Below are positions 12,058-24,010 of a stretch of DNA of 64,000 bases, in pieces; position 1 is the stretch's first letter; every line of letters begins with the position of its first letter. The notes under the pieces were generated by a model. The model saw only the letters and a list, made by a program, of their open reading frames with translations. It was not told where the DNA came from and ran no database searches. Made by a program: the position numbers and the translations under genes. The stretch comes from Vicugna vicugna (Eukaryota): positions 1,922,001 through 1,986,000 of the forward strand of contig MU058213.1 in assembly GCA_013265495.1 (NCBI GenBank), given 5' to 3'.

Positions 12058-15000
12058 CTGTAAAGTTTTTTTTTTTTAATGAATTATTTTTAGTATTATC
12101 ATAAATGCTTGGGATCTTACACAAAACCCAAAGCCTGGAATTTTGATTTGAATAGATTTCACATAAATTGTAATGCTCCATTCTGTTAGAATTAGCATCT
12201 AAAACAATTGAAACGCAGTTACTGTAAACTGGCACCCAAATCATCATATTTGTCTTTTAAAAACCTCAAGAGATTATAAAAGGAAAGTTGAAAGGAGTTC
12301 TCAATTCTTTCTCATAAAATATTTTCATTTCCACCAGAAGATAATTTGAATGTATCATATTGCTCTTGAAGACAAGATTAGCTCCCCAATGTCTAGCTCT
12401 AAAGCACTATTTAGCTAAAAACACTTAATTTAAACTGGGTTTAATACAGAAAGTTAAAGACTTTAATAATAAGTCTCACTAAATTGTGTGTATGTGTATA
12501 TGGTTTGACGTGTCTTAAAATACTAACAGAGCCTGCCTTCAGATTAGTGTCCGTGCCCAGTCAAGGGCCTATGGTTGAGGGGGTGGGGGTGGGGATGCTT
12601 ACCACAGAACGTCTAATACAGTATTTTCATCTTAAAAATGAAGAACCTGGGGTGTTGCATCCCAAGTTGCACACAGACATGGTGGACATTCTACATCTTT
12701 AGTAGTATATGTCCTCCAAAGGTTCTATACTCTTATACCTCAATAAAAAGCCAGTGACAGTACCTTAGCTTCTTCCTGGTAAGAAATGAGGAAAGGTCCA
12801 AGAGTTAGGCAGCGTTCAAGGAAAACCAAGACCTGAATTGGTGAGAGAAAATGAAGGGCACTGCTAATCTAGGTGAACCTGGGACACCTTTCCATTATCT
12901 GTCTCTGGCTGACAGTTAAACATTTCATATAGCCATGTTCCAATGACTGCTCCTTTCCCTTCAAAAGCCTGTCCTCTGTCAAGATGACTCATGTTCCATA
13001 ATTGCCCCGTCCCCTCTGCCTTATCCCCAGTCTATCCATAGGATGCCTAGAGCTAGAGCTTTGGGACAACACCAACTGAGACTGATGCCAGAAACAGAAT
13101 AAGTATTCATCTAAATATTTTTTTGGTCTCTGTTTTGTCTCATGGTAGCTTGTGAAAGATTTAGGCTCCAGGTACACTCAGAGAACTTATGCTGATGGCA
13201 GATGCTCGATGAACTACAGGGGCCGAAGGAACGGCACACCTGAGCTTTAAATATAGGGAGCTTCCTAGAAGGATCAGAGTAGCTTCCTGATCACTGATCA
13301 TCCTCCTACTCTTGTCCACTGAAATGTTTGGCTAGGTTGTGAAAAAAAAATGGCTAATGAATAATGTGATTTTACTATTGCATACCAAATCCAGTAATGC
13401 CTGTCACAATACAGGTACATAATGCTTACTCATGCATATTATGTGATGAGAGACTCAAAACTGTGATAGCTATTGCATACCATGAATATATAATTACTAT
13501 ATACCATATGGTATTTGGAATAAATTGGAATAAATACCATATAATTCTAGACATCATGATACTGATGAATCATGCTTATTAATATCTACCATATCCTGAG
13601 ATTCAATTATGTTGAATGTTAAATTGAAATGTTTCAATTAACATTGCTAAAACTATATTTACTATCAGATATGATATCTACTAACATATACTCTTCTAGA
13701 TCACCATGGTTCATAAGTGAACCATGCTTATCATGTAGATATTATGATGGGACAAACTGTATTAGTTATTCATGGACAATTTCACATCACTCAGTTTATT
13801 TCATTTTAATTGTGTCACACATTTTATTTGATACCATAGCTTCCAAGATGTGGATAATGTGGTAGAAGGAGCTGTGAATCTGAAATGAGAAGGCCCAAAT
13901 TTCTGATCTGATTATGACAGTTACTCTAAATGCAACTTTTGACAGGTCACATACTACTCTGGGACTTCATATCCTGCCAGATAAAACAAAGTCTGTGATG
14001 CCAAGAGAGGCTAGGATGAAAGCTGTCAGTCACAGAACTTGCATGGAACTTGCTTCTGTCCATACCTATAAAAATCAGGAAGATATTGGAGGATATTTTC
14101 AGACTTGTAATAAATCCAGACTATGGTATATCCTTCAGAATGGGCAGTTGTCCTTATGTCCCCACGGGATTATGGCTGCCCTCTCACCCTGGTATGATTA
14201 TCATCTCTAGGGAGCCACCCACAACTGTGATTTAGAGTATCCCCTATCTACTAGACATATTATTCTATATACTGTATACAGAATATTCTGTAACAACCTG
14301 GATCAACATTCTTTCTTAAAAATATACTGGGATCTTTGCAACTTCAATTAACATTTCTAATTATTAGATTTATATATCATGACCGTATTTTTTAACTTAA
14401 ATTTTGGAACTTTTTGACATATTTGTCACTACAAATGCATAATGCAAGAATAACTAATATGAGTATTATTAAAAATAAGACAAAGCAGAAATAGCAGGAT
14501 AAAACATATTAACTATAGTAAGCAGGATACTCAGAGCCACAAAGCCAAAAATGAATACAGAATGGCACATACTCAATTGGAAACAAACTCAAAATATACA
14601 CTTTATGATCAGTGCAAAATCAATACTCAGCAAAATGATACAACTTATATAAACGTATAATAATGTTTTCATAGTATTGGCATACAGTAGGCACTAAAAC
14701 TATGCTAACAGGATTGAAATAGAGACTATATATTTTAAAAATATACACTATGGGAAGTAAAATTTATGATAATTTCTGACTGTCAATACTTGAGTCTCTC
14801 TAGCACATAAATATAGTAGATAAATTTTGTAGATAGTAGGCATAGTGGTAGTAGGCATAGAATTCTTCCCAATAAAATATAAAATCTGTAGGCACTATTT
14901 TATATAACTTTGTGGTTTTAATATTGAGCTAGAATTAAAAGCAGTGTAGCTATAAAGCTGTCTTCCAAATGCACGTATAGTTTTCCTGAAAAGACAGATA

Positions 15001-15474
15001 TGCAAAGTATTACGCTCTTATGAAGGAATGTGCAGAGATTTAAAATAAGGTTTAAAAATCCATTGGCTAGGAAAAGACAGTCACCTCTGGGCCACATGCT
15101 TATTACTAGAAGTATTACTGTGCCATAGCAAGGTAAAAAGTTTAATGCTTTTCTACCTACACCTTGAAACAGCAAAGTATTGGACAATAGCACAGAGCAT
15201 TATGGAGACTCATAAGAGCCCCCATGGCCTGCTTGTGGTTTCAGTGTCCAGATTTTCTGGTATAAAAGCATTTTCGCAACACTCAGGCTCACACTAGCCT
15301 TTTGTGTCTTTGCATCATCTCCTAGAAAAGCAACACTTCTCCCCGGAGGCCTGGATGTCATGATTTTTAACCACTAGTGTTAGATTATAAAAACCGATGA
15401 CCTTCAGTGCTGCTTCAGAAACATGCAAATTAGCAACCCCAAAATTTGCTGTTGCTTTCCCAGCATTTCTTTCT

Positions 15475-15618
15475 TTTTTAAAAAATTACTTTATTTTTTA
15501 TTTTTGTGGGAGGAGGTAACTAAGTTTATTTATTTTTGGAGGAGATACTGGGGATTGAACCCAGGACCTTGTGTATGCTAAGCATGTGCTCTGCCACTTG
15601 AGCTATACCCTCCTCCCC
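15475..15618 (-). mobile_element. tRNA-derived SINE, Vic-1-type (camelid), with 17-bp target-site duplication
   Basis: Minus strand GGGGAGGAGGGTATAGCTCAAGTGGCAGAGCACATGCTTAGCATACACAAGGTCCTGGGTTCAATCCCCAG, carrying Pol III A box (TAGCTCAAGTGG) and B box (GGTTCAATCC), then an A-rich tail. TSD tcccagcattt(c/a)tttct at 15458-15474 and 15619-15635. Confidence 0.9.
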
Positions 15619-16414
15619 TCCCAGCATTTATTTCTATGTTGGGTATATTTCATGTGTGAGAAGCAAAAGAGATAATCTCTAGACAAACTCATTCTTCTGC
15701 AGAATTAACTCATTCTTACCCTTATTTTTACATCCTTACGGTTACTCCCCGTTCAATTTCTGAAATAGGATTTTGCTGTTTTACAAAATCATTCTATTAC
15801 CATCTAGTGTTCCTAAAATACATTAAAAATGGATTGAAGTTAACAGGATTCGACTAACTGCTTAAATGAACAGCTTTATAAGGAATGTGAGGATTGGTTA
15901 ATGAAGAATTTCTACGGACACTTGCAAGGGCCACTGTTTTTCCTGAAGGCCCCAGGAATTCTCATCCCCATCTTACGCACGAGGAAAATAATCAACAAGT
16001 TAAACCTATCTTCCAGGATTATTGATCTCATCAAATGAGAAGAGAACTTTGAAGCTTAAACTTCATACAGAGCAAATAATCAACGTTTTGGTAATATCTG
16101 CTCTGCTGCTAGCATTTTACACAAGGTCATAGAATCATAGAACCTTAAAGGTCCATTAGTCCAAACATATCCAAACCACATTAAAATTTATTTGAAGGTC
16201 AAATGAGCAACTACAAAAGATCTTTAGTTAGAGCAATTCAGAATAAATGTTCTTTGAATTCTTTTCCTTCAGAATTTATTCCCCCATTGAGAAGTTCTCT
16301 GGGCACTGGGGGAAAAAGTCCCACGTTTAATAGAGACTCTTCAGCATGATTGCTAATCTGCTGAAAAAGTCAGCATATACTAATATTTGATTATTGCAGA
16401 GGCATTTAGCATAG

Positions 16415-16800
16415 CTATTCAGTCATTTATTAAATATTTATTGACTGGCTTCTGTGCAAGGAATGAGTGAGACAAAGTCCCTGCTCTCAGCAAGCTTCTA
16501 TTAACAGTGAGAAGACAGAAGAGAAGCAAGCAAAAAAGCAAATGGTATAATTTCCATTAAAAGGAAACAGGACAAAGAAAATCAAATGGGTAATGTGATG
16601 GTGACTGGGCACGGGGGAAGGGAAGGTGCAGTGTCCATGTTAGAAAGAGTGATCAGGGAAGACTTCTCTGAAGAGCTGGCTTTTGAGCAAAGACCTAAAT
16701 GATGAATGGAAAAATGAGAATTCCAGCCTGAGAGAAGAGTAAGGTTCTGCAGCGGAAATAAAAAGTTCAATGTGCTAACTTGGGAGAATGATGAGGGAAG
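16415..16800 (-). mobile_element. L2 fragment
   Basis: tcatttattaaatatttattga...gacaaagtccctgctctc...gatcagggaagacttctctgaagag...ttttgagcaaagacctaaatgatg. Confidence 0.75.
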
Positions 16801-17545
16801 GGAATAGGTAGGCCATGGTTTTAATAATGGTCCCAACTGTGTTTATTTGGTTTTGTTCCGAGTTAGCTTTCTTTGTTTTCCTGTAACCAAGAATAACCAC
16901 TTGTAACTGGAGTGATCGCTATTCTTGTCCTGCAAATTTGACATTTACGAAGCTCACAGAGAAGAATAAAGTTCCAACAAATAGGCATCTCATCAACGCA
17001 CAGATATTTCTGTACAATGTACACAACGACCCAGTTAGCTTTTAGGACACAAAAAAACCCTTAAAAGAGGAAGAAGAACTTAAGCTGAACATTGAGGAAA
17101 CCAGCTTTCTAGATCAGCCCACATAGAAAGCATTGTCAGGATAGAAAATGATTTCTAATTACACCTACCAAATTCTTAAGCTTAGGGACCTTTACCTCAT
17201 GACACAATTTGAAATCAAATAATAGACATTTCTGCCACCAGCTGAAACCTCAGTGGGCAATAAGTTACCTGTAACAACATAAATACCCATCCCTCTGCTC
17301 CCCCTGTTCACAGCCTCTAACTTGGTGCATCCTTGTGTATGTTATTTTCCACTTTTCCCTCATTATTAGTCTCTGCATTAGTCCTATTAGTCCTAATGAA
17401 ATACCCTGGAAGAAAACATTATGCAAAGACAGGAGTTCCTCCTTACCTGTACTCTCAGGTACAAGAGAATATGAATATGAATATGAATAAACCACAGCTG
17501 TCAGGAACTCTTCCAGTGCCTTCAAGAACATGAACTGTATCGTAC

Positions 17546-17625
17546 CTGGACATACTGGTCTCTCCAACAGGAAATTAGTTTCAAAAGTGAAACATCAGCT
17601 TCAGGTAGATGGGATTCACTCTTAC
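17546..17625 (-). CDS. WDR72: WDR72 coding exon (~exon 17), 80 nt: (G)[26 protein letters not shown]
   Basis: Read manually. Acceptor tgtgtatttctag|GT and donor CAG|gtacga; phase fits. Confidence 0.93.
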
Positions 17626-17679
17626 CTAGAAATACACAGAACACATTTGTATCTTGAGACTGTTAAACACAGACGCAAC

Positions 17680-17881
17680 CCAATGATCTTCAACTCTGGC
17701 TGCACAGTAGAATCACCCATGGAGCTTTCCCCACCCTGCCCTCCTACAAACACCACAGCCCAGGTTCAATCTTGCAGTAATTCTGATTTAATAGGCCCCA
17801 GGGTGAAGGTGGGGCAGGCATTAATATTTTCTAAAAGTACCTTGGATCATTTTCATACATAGCCAGATTTAGGAAACACTG
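17680..17881. mobile_element. hAT-Charlie MER5-like element just upstream of the 80-nt exon acceptor
   Basis: caactctggctgcacagtagaatcacc...aattctgatttaatagg...gccagatttaggaaacactg. Confidence 0.75.
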
Positions 17882-19639
17882 ACTGATTTATATGTATTTC
17901 TAACAATTATACTAATACATATTCACATCAAATGAAATTCATCTTTATATCTTAAACCCATCTCCATATTTTTGCCAACAAAATGCAATGATTAACATTC
18001 CCCCAAAAAACAGATCACTGAATTTTATAACTCCTTCCTCGTACAATTCCTGAAAATCTACCTTGCCATAAATCAATATCTATCACACAGAAAATCCTAT
18101 AAAAGACTTCCTTTGATTCGTTCTTGCCCAGCCATACTACTCTGATCAATAGGTATAGCACTTATGTTTTAATTTAACTCATTTTGTTATGTATTGTTTC
18201 TTTTAAGTTTGCCCTCTTGAATGTCCTTTCTATCTATTTGCCCTAATGTTCACTGTGAAATTTTAAGAGTGAGCTATGGCTTGGTTTATTTAAATTGATC
18301 CATAAAGCGTCCGACAGTTCCCTACACAAAAAAGCACTTAATAAGTACCTTTTCATTAATTGAAAATGTACGTATTATCATCCAAATGAAAAAATCGATG
18401 AATTAAGGCTTTCTGATGGCTAAAGTGTATTATCTAGGTGCCACATCCAGGAGTGAGATAAGGAGGAATGATAAAAGCTTGTGCTGGAGGGAAAATTGCT
18501 ATAATTGTCTATTTAAATTAATGTATTAATATATGTTTGAAATCCTGGCTCAACTATTTAAATTAGTATTATTCCAATATGCTTTTCACTGAATTACCAT
18601 TTTATATATTAATATATATATGTGTGTGTGTATTTATATATATCTCACATTAATGATCAAGGGAGGTGTAATAGAAGGTATTGATATAATGCAAACTGAG
18701 AACATGAAAGAAATATATAGGAAACTTCTGACTCATTGTTAATATTATTATTTTTTCCTGATGGAACATATGATGTGAATTTGAAATGACCGAGAACAGT
18801 GCATAAAACGTGCAAGTAAGATAGAGAACAATGAGTTTGAAGTCGTATTTTCCACTTCTTCATAAGCACAGCAGGTAAGAAAAATTTTTCTTTTGATCTC
18901 TTTCCTTTCTCCCTCTCTCGTTTTGTTGACCTTGTGACTCCACCATCAAAGCGAAGTATTGGTCTCAACTGTAACTACTTACTGGCATCACGGGGTACTT
19001 CACAGCGCACTTTAATGTGATGTTAAAATTTTAATATGAGATGGAAATGAGAGCCAACTTTTCTTGGCAATGTCAGTGAGTTAAAGAATTAATTACAACT
19101 TCAGGGGGAAAGATAAAAAGAAAACATCCAAGGCTTACCAATATACTTAGCCATCAATTCTGATGATGGAAGTGGGTATTGGTGCCTGTCAACCCTTCAC
19201 AGAATGAGCACCTCAGAGTATTATTTTATTCCTTAGACTTAGACTTTGTAGAATTAAGAGCATGAAGTGAATTCCTCCTTTCCCTTCACCTCTTCCGATT
19301 ATTAAAACATAAAACCACGTTTCCTTAGTACCTAACTGAATTTTAAATGCTATAAAGGCCGCCTCTAAACATCAGGGAGACTGTTCAGTAATAACATTAG
19401 TTGCTCAGGCTGCTTTGGTTGGGACAGTCATAGGACAAACTGGGACCTCCTTGGCTCTGGTTGGCAAATCCCCAGGTCTCTGCAGAAACCACTCATAATA
19501 CACCTTAAATTCTAGTCTCTTCCCCAGTGTTATGAAAAATAAAAATTAGGGTAATAACCCCAATAAGGGCTACCACCTAAGGAGAAGGCAGGCAATCCAG
19601 ACTGGGTCATAGGGAACATGACTTGTGATCATAAATGTG

Positions 19640-19880
19640 AGAAGTGGCCTGACATAGTGGAAAAAGCTAGGAGTTTGGAATTAGACATAGTTGGGCTGGA
19701 ACCCTGGCCCTTCATTTTGCCAGCTGGTTGACTATAAGTGAGTCATCTAACTTCTCTGAGCCCCAATTTTCCTAAGGGAAAAACAGAGATCTTCCTACCA
19801 TATAGCATTGTTTCTATATTAGTTGAGATAACATCTAGTAAAGTCACTGGCCTAATTCTTTGGTCATACTACGATGCTAC
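19640..19880 (+). mobile_element. MIR SINE
   Basis: catagtggaaaaagc...tttggaattagac...agtcatctaacttctctgagccccaattttc. Confidence 0.75.
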
Positions 19881-20019
19881 TAATAAACTCTTACTTTAAA
19901 ATATCCTGAATTTTCTTTTCAAGAGCCCTGAGAGAGCCACTTGCACTGTTGTTCAGGTCATCCCAATGTATTGATCATATAGCGCACAACTTTGGGAGCA
20001 ACATATACATCAAGTCTGG

Positions 20020-20145
20020 AATATTATTCCCATTTTACAAATGTCGTAAAAATGGCTTTTAAAGGAGTAAAAGATACATTCAAAGCTACATAAGTCGTAA
20101 GTGGCAGAACTGGATCTTGAGCCTCAGCAGTTTATCTCCAAAACC
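20020..20145 (-). mobile_element. MIR fragment
   Basis: attattcccattttacaaatg...gtaagtggcagaactggatcttgagcc. Confidence 0.65.
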
Positions 20146-20159
20146 ATTGTTCTATTTTC

Positions 20160-21090
20160 TATTCATCCATTAATCCAAAAGTATTTGCTTAATTCCTTGC
20201 AGGAATTGTTCTAGGAACTGGGGACACAATGGTGAATAAAACTGTCCTTAAAAAAACAATAACCTCCCTGGAGTTTACATTTGAGTAGCAGGAGGTAGAG
20301 GGCAAATGAAAAAAATGATATATACAGTATGTCAGATAGTGTAAAGGATTATGTAAACAGTAAAACAGGGAAGGGGGTAAGGTGTGCTGGGCAGAAGGGA
20401 GGGTGGCCTCACTGATACAATGGCATTTGAGGAGGAAATGAAGGATGGAGGATGGAGGGGAGGAGCAGCAGGTTGACTTCCGCAGAACCTGGAGAAAGGG
20501 CATTTCAGGCAGAGGGAACAACCAGTGCAAAGACCCTAAACCTTGCCTGTGTGCTTGGGTAAGAGTTAAGAAGGCCAGTGTAGATGGAACCAGTGAAGCA
20601 GGGGATGACTTCAAAGAGATGAGGTCAGGTGAGGGTGTGTGTGCGATGACATGGGTAGAGCAGCCTGGTTATACAGGGCCTTGTGAGCTACCCTAAGGGC
20701 TATAGATTTTATTCAGGGTGAAAAAGAAGCCACTGAAAGGTTTTTAGTAGTAGCATGAGGTTCTAACTTAGTTTCAAGTAGATTACTCTGGCTGTTTTGT
20801 TGGGAACAGAATGTAAGAAACAAAAATAGGAGCAGAGGTGTAGTTAAGAGGCTTCTGTGTCCAGGAAAAAGGGGATAAAGGCTCACCAGGGGGTTAGCTG
20901 TGTAGGTGCTGCAGAAGGAGTCAGAATCTGGGATATATTCTGAAGGTAGAACCAATGTAATTACTAAAAGATTAGATGTGGCATATGAGAAAAAGGGGAA
21001 AGTCAAAATAACATTAAAGTTCTTGGTCTGAATAACTGGAAGGCTAGAATTGCCGTTTACTGACACGTCAAAAATTTGGAGAAGCAGGCT
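20160..21090 (-). mobile_element. L2 (L2a-like) ~0.9-kb fragment
   Basis: ctaggaactggggacacaatggtgaataaaac...ggcagagggaacaaccagtgcaaagaccct...gattactctggctg...gaatctgggatatattctgaaggtagaacc. Accounts for the spurious ORFs at 20189-21066. Confidence 0.85.
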
Positions 21091-21616
21091 TTGGAAAGGT
21101 ATTTACCATTTGGCATCAAAAGAAAATCTAAACACCAAGCTTGCTACCAAGAAGAATTCAGGGACCATTATATAACCTTCTGAAATAGCTGTAAAATCCC
21201 CTAATATAATAATCAGTTATTTGGTAATAAAGATATTGAGGCGGTAAATGTCCCCATAAATTACACATGACCTTAATTTAATATTAATTACATTATGGCC
21301 CTAAGCTAATTAAATATTTAATTTAATCAAATGTTTCCTTTGCTTAAAAATTTCATTCAGACTTTCAGGTATTTCAAAGATAATTTGATGAAATCCACCA
21401 TATTTCATGTCTTATAAGGTATTTATTTTAATAATAAAATTTTTTATATATTTCAAATATGGACATACATATTACAAAACTCTAACCATGCGAAATGCAG
21501 ATTAAATCAAACAATAAATATGCACACTTCTCATCCTAAACTGTGGAGTGCTAGCCTATTATAGCACTTTTATTTCATAGAGGAAAAAAATTAGACTGTA
21601 TCTGTAACTCCTTTAC

Positions 21617-21708
21617 CATTTCGTAAATAACCGTAGAAGCTTGAAATATTCAAAATATCGTTCCCAGGACTTTTCATCTTGTTGTGCACAGACTCCACTT
21701 TGAAAGAA
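21617..21708 (-). CDS. WDR72: WDR72 coding exon (~exon 16), 92 nt: [30 protein letters not shown](G)
   Basis: Read manually (not in the ORF track). Acceptor cttttttcaacag|T and donor ATG|gtaaag; phase fits both neighbouring exons. Confidence 0.93.
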
Positions 21709-22765
21709 CTGTTGAAAAAAGATTTAAAGGATATTATTAAAGATGTATAAAAATATTTTGAGTAATAAATTGAAGGTATAAGTCCAAGACCACTTCAAAT
21801 TTGGGAGCTGAACACATATACAGCAATGTCTTTGACATTAATCTCTTTCGTGAATCTTATCTCCCCACTTTGGCTTACATAGAACCCTAATCCCAATTGA
21901 ATTGTGAATCTTAGTTTACTAGAATCATCTTGTGAAACACTTACTGGAGGAGCCTTGGCTAATGCAATAAATTTTTGAATCCTATTATGTTCATATCTGC
22001 CAAAAAATTATCCCCAGGTACTATCAGGACTTGATGAAGGGAGGCTTTTACCTAGTCCAGAGATTCAATGAGAGGAAATTTCAGATACTGTCCAAGGATA
22101 TTCTCATAGGCAGATAGCTCTTAAAATTTAGTTACGTCATGCACTCACTTGTCAAGCGTACAAAGATTTCTCAACCTTCACAACCACAGTGAAATGTTAG
22201 GAGAATGGCCAATTTTGTTGGAAGGGTTTGGTGTGACAAATCCAATACACATTATTTTGACTTCCTGAAAAATGACACACATTCTCCAACAGCAGATCAA
22301 ATCTGAAACAACTTATTTAGGGAAGCAGTCTCTAATCCTGAAACCTCCATTCAGTAATTTGTTTTGATAAAAAGTTTTGTAAAGATTTAACTAAGTGTGT
22401 GGCAATGATTTTAAGGCCATTTAATGGTAGGCATTCTGAAAGCCCTTAATCTCCCCCAAAGGGTACCGGATATACCCTCCATATCCTTTGTTCTAAATCA
22501 GGAACAAACTATGAAGGAAAACCTCTGGGAACAATAACTAAGTCCCTCATATGCTCTGTGGGATCATGATCAGGCTAACAAATTTAATTTGTTAGTAGCC
22601 CAGGTTTTTAAGAATTTGAAGAAATCTTGATGATCACCTATTCTATTCACCTCATTTTGTACATGAGGAAAAGCAAGGCCCAGCAGGGCTAAGTGAATAG
22701 TCTACAGTCATGTGGCTAAACAACAACAGGATTTTTTCTCAGGCTTTCAGGCTCCACTGACGACA

Positions 22766-23008
22766 CTTTTTTTTTAATTGAAGTATAGTCAGTTACAATA
22801 TGTCAATTTCTGGTGTACAGCACAATGTCCCAGTAATGCATATATACACCTATATGCTTTTTCATTAAAGGTTATTACAAGATATCGAATATAGTTCCCT
22901 GTACTAAACAGAAGAAATTTGTTTTTCAATCTATTTTTATAACAAGATATTGAATACAGTTCCCTGTGCTATACAGAAGAAATTTGATTTTTTTAATCTA
23001 TTTTTATA
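22766..23008 (-). mobile_element. 5'-truncated L1 3' end with an internal ~65-bp tandem duplication
   Basis: T-run then ttgaagtatagtcagttacaatatgtcaatttctggtgtacagcacaatgtcccag; repeat units at 22877-22941 and 22942-23008. Confidence 0.85.
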
Positions 23009-23759
23009 TCTTACTTTAGGTGTTATTTAATTTTCTTAGTACTAGGAAGAAAAGTGAAAGAAGCCTATCTGAAATTAAAATACATACTTATATATAAATA
23101 TAAATTATAAACGTGGATTTATATATTATATAAATATATACATATGTATTTTAAGTGACTAGAAGGAAAAAATAGAGGAAAATAAACTGTATGAATCACA
23201 GAAATTCATTAGTCTGTTTTGTCATGAGTAGAGCCACCAAACAGAAAATGGAAAGCCCTGTAATGGAAGCAAGCATAACACTGAATCTACATAATCCATA
23301 GGACTTGCTACCAGGCTGTAGGATCACTGAGAGCAGGAAAATTATTATAATAGTACTTGGCACAGATATTTGCTGAACTGAGCTCATATCAAAAAACAGA
23401 AATGTCAAGGACCGTTTACCACCATGCAACGAGCAGTTCAAATAGTACTTCTTCTATAAAGGCTTTCTGATTGTTTCGTCTCACACTAATTATTCTCTTT
23501 GCTCTGACACCTGTAACACTCATACTATAAATGTTTCTTTTTGTCCCTTTACCCTAATTCAATGTTTCCTACTTATTTCATGTGCATTATCTTTATCACT
23601 TGAACGAGTTCCTACCCAAATGAGAAATTTATTTTTATTTTCTCTGTAAGTTAGTGCTAAGGACATATTTAGTAAGCACTTGGTGGACTGAATTCAATCC
23701 TCTGATATCAGACTATGAAAAACTACACTGAATTTTAGCAGTGGGAGAAGGCAAACACA

Positions 23760-24010
23760 CAGTCAAGGTTAGCAATCAGGCTTTGGAATTATACTGACAG
23801 TCAGCCTTGAATCAGCTTGTAAGGAGCTGAACTAATCTTGGGGTTGGTACTTCCTCTTTATAAGCCTCAATATCGTCATCTATACAATGAGTGAAATAAT
23901 CATAACCTATACCCCAGCCCTTGCTGTGCATAAGAAATGAAATCATACATGTAAAGGGCTTACATGCGACTACTAGATATTAAACACTCGAAAAAGAATA
24001 GCTATTATTA
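23760..24010 (+). mobile_element. MIR SINE
   Basis: caggctttggaa...aagcctcaatatcgtcatctatacaatg...catacatgtaaagggctta...tagctattatta. Confidence 0.65.

Noticed and set aside
13381..13840. Recurrent ATACCAT motif
   Set aside because: Irregular spacing and AT-rich context; no array structure.
14834..14860. Short direct repeat tagtaggcatag x2 (similar case at ~47503-47537)
   Set aside because: Ordinary slippage micro-duplication.
15545..15618. tRNA gene
   Set aside because: The tRNA-like head is followed by a SINE body and A-tail and flanked by a TSD, so it is a SINE.
20189..21066. ORFs of 83-141 aa
   Set aside because: They lie within a decayed L2 element.
22575..22595. Perfect 10-bp inverted repeat ctaacaaatt-t-aatttgttag
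   Set aside because: A single such palindrome is plausible by chance in 64 kb of AT-rich DNA; too short for a miRNA hairpin or MITE.
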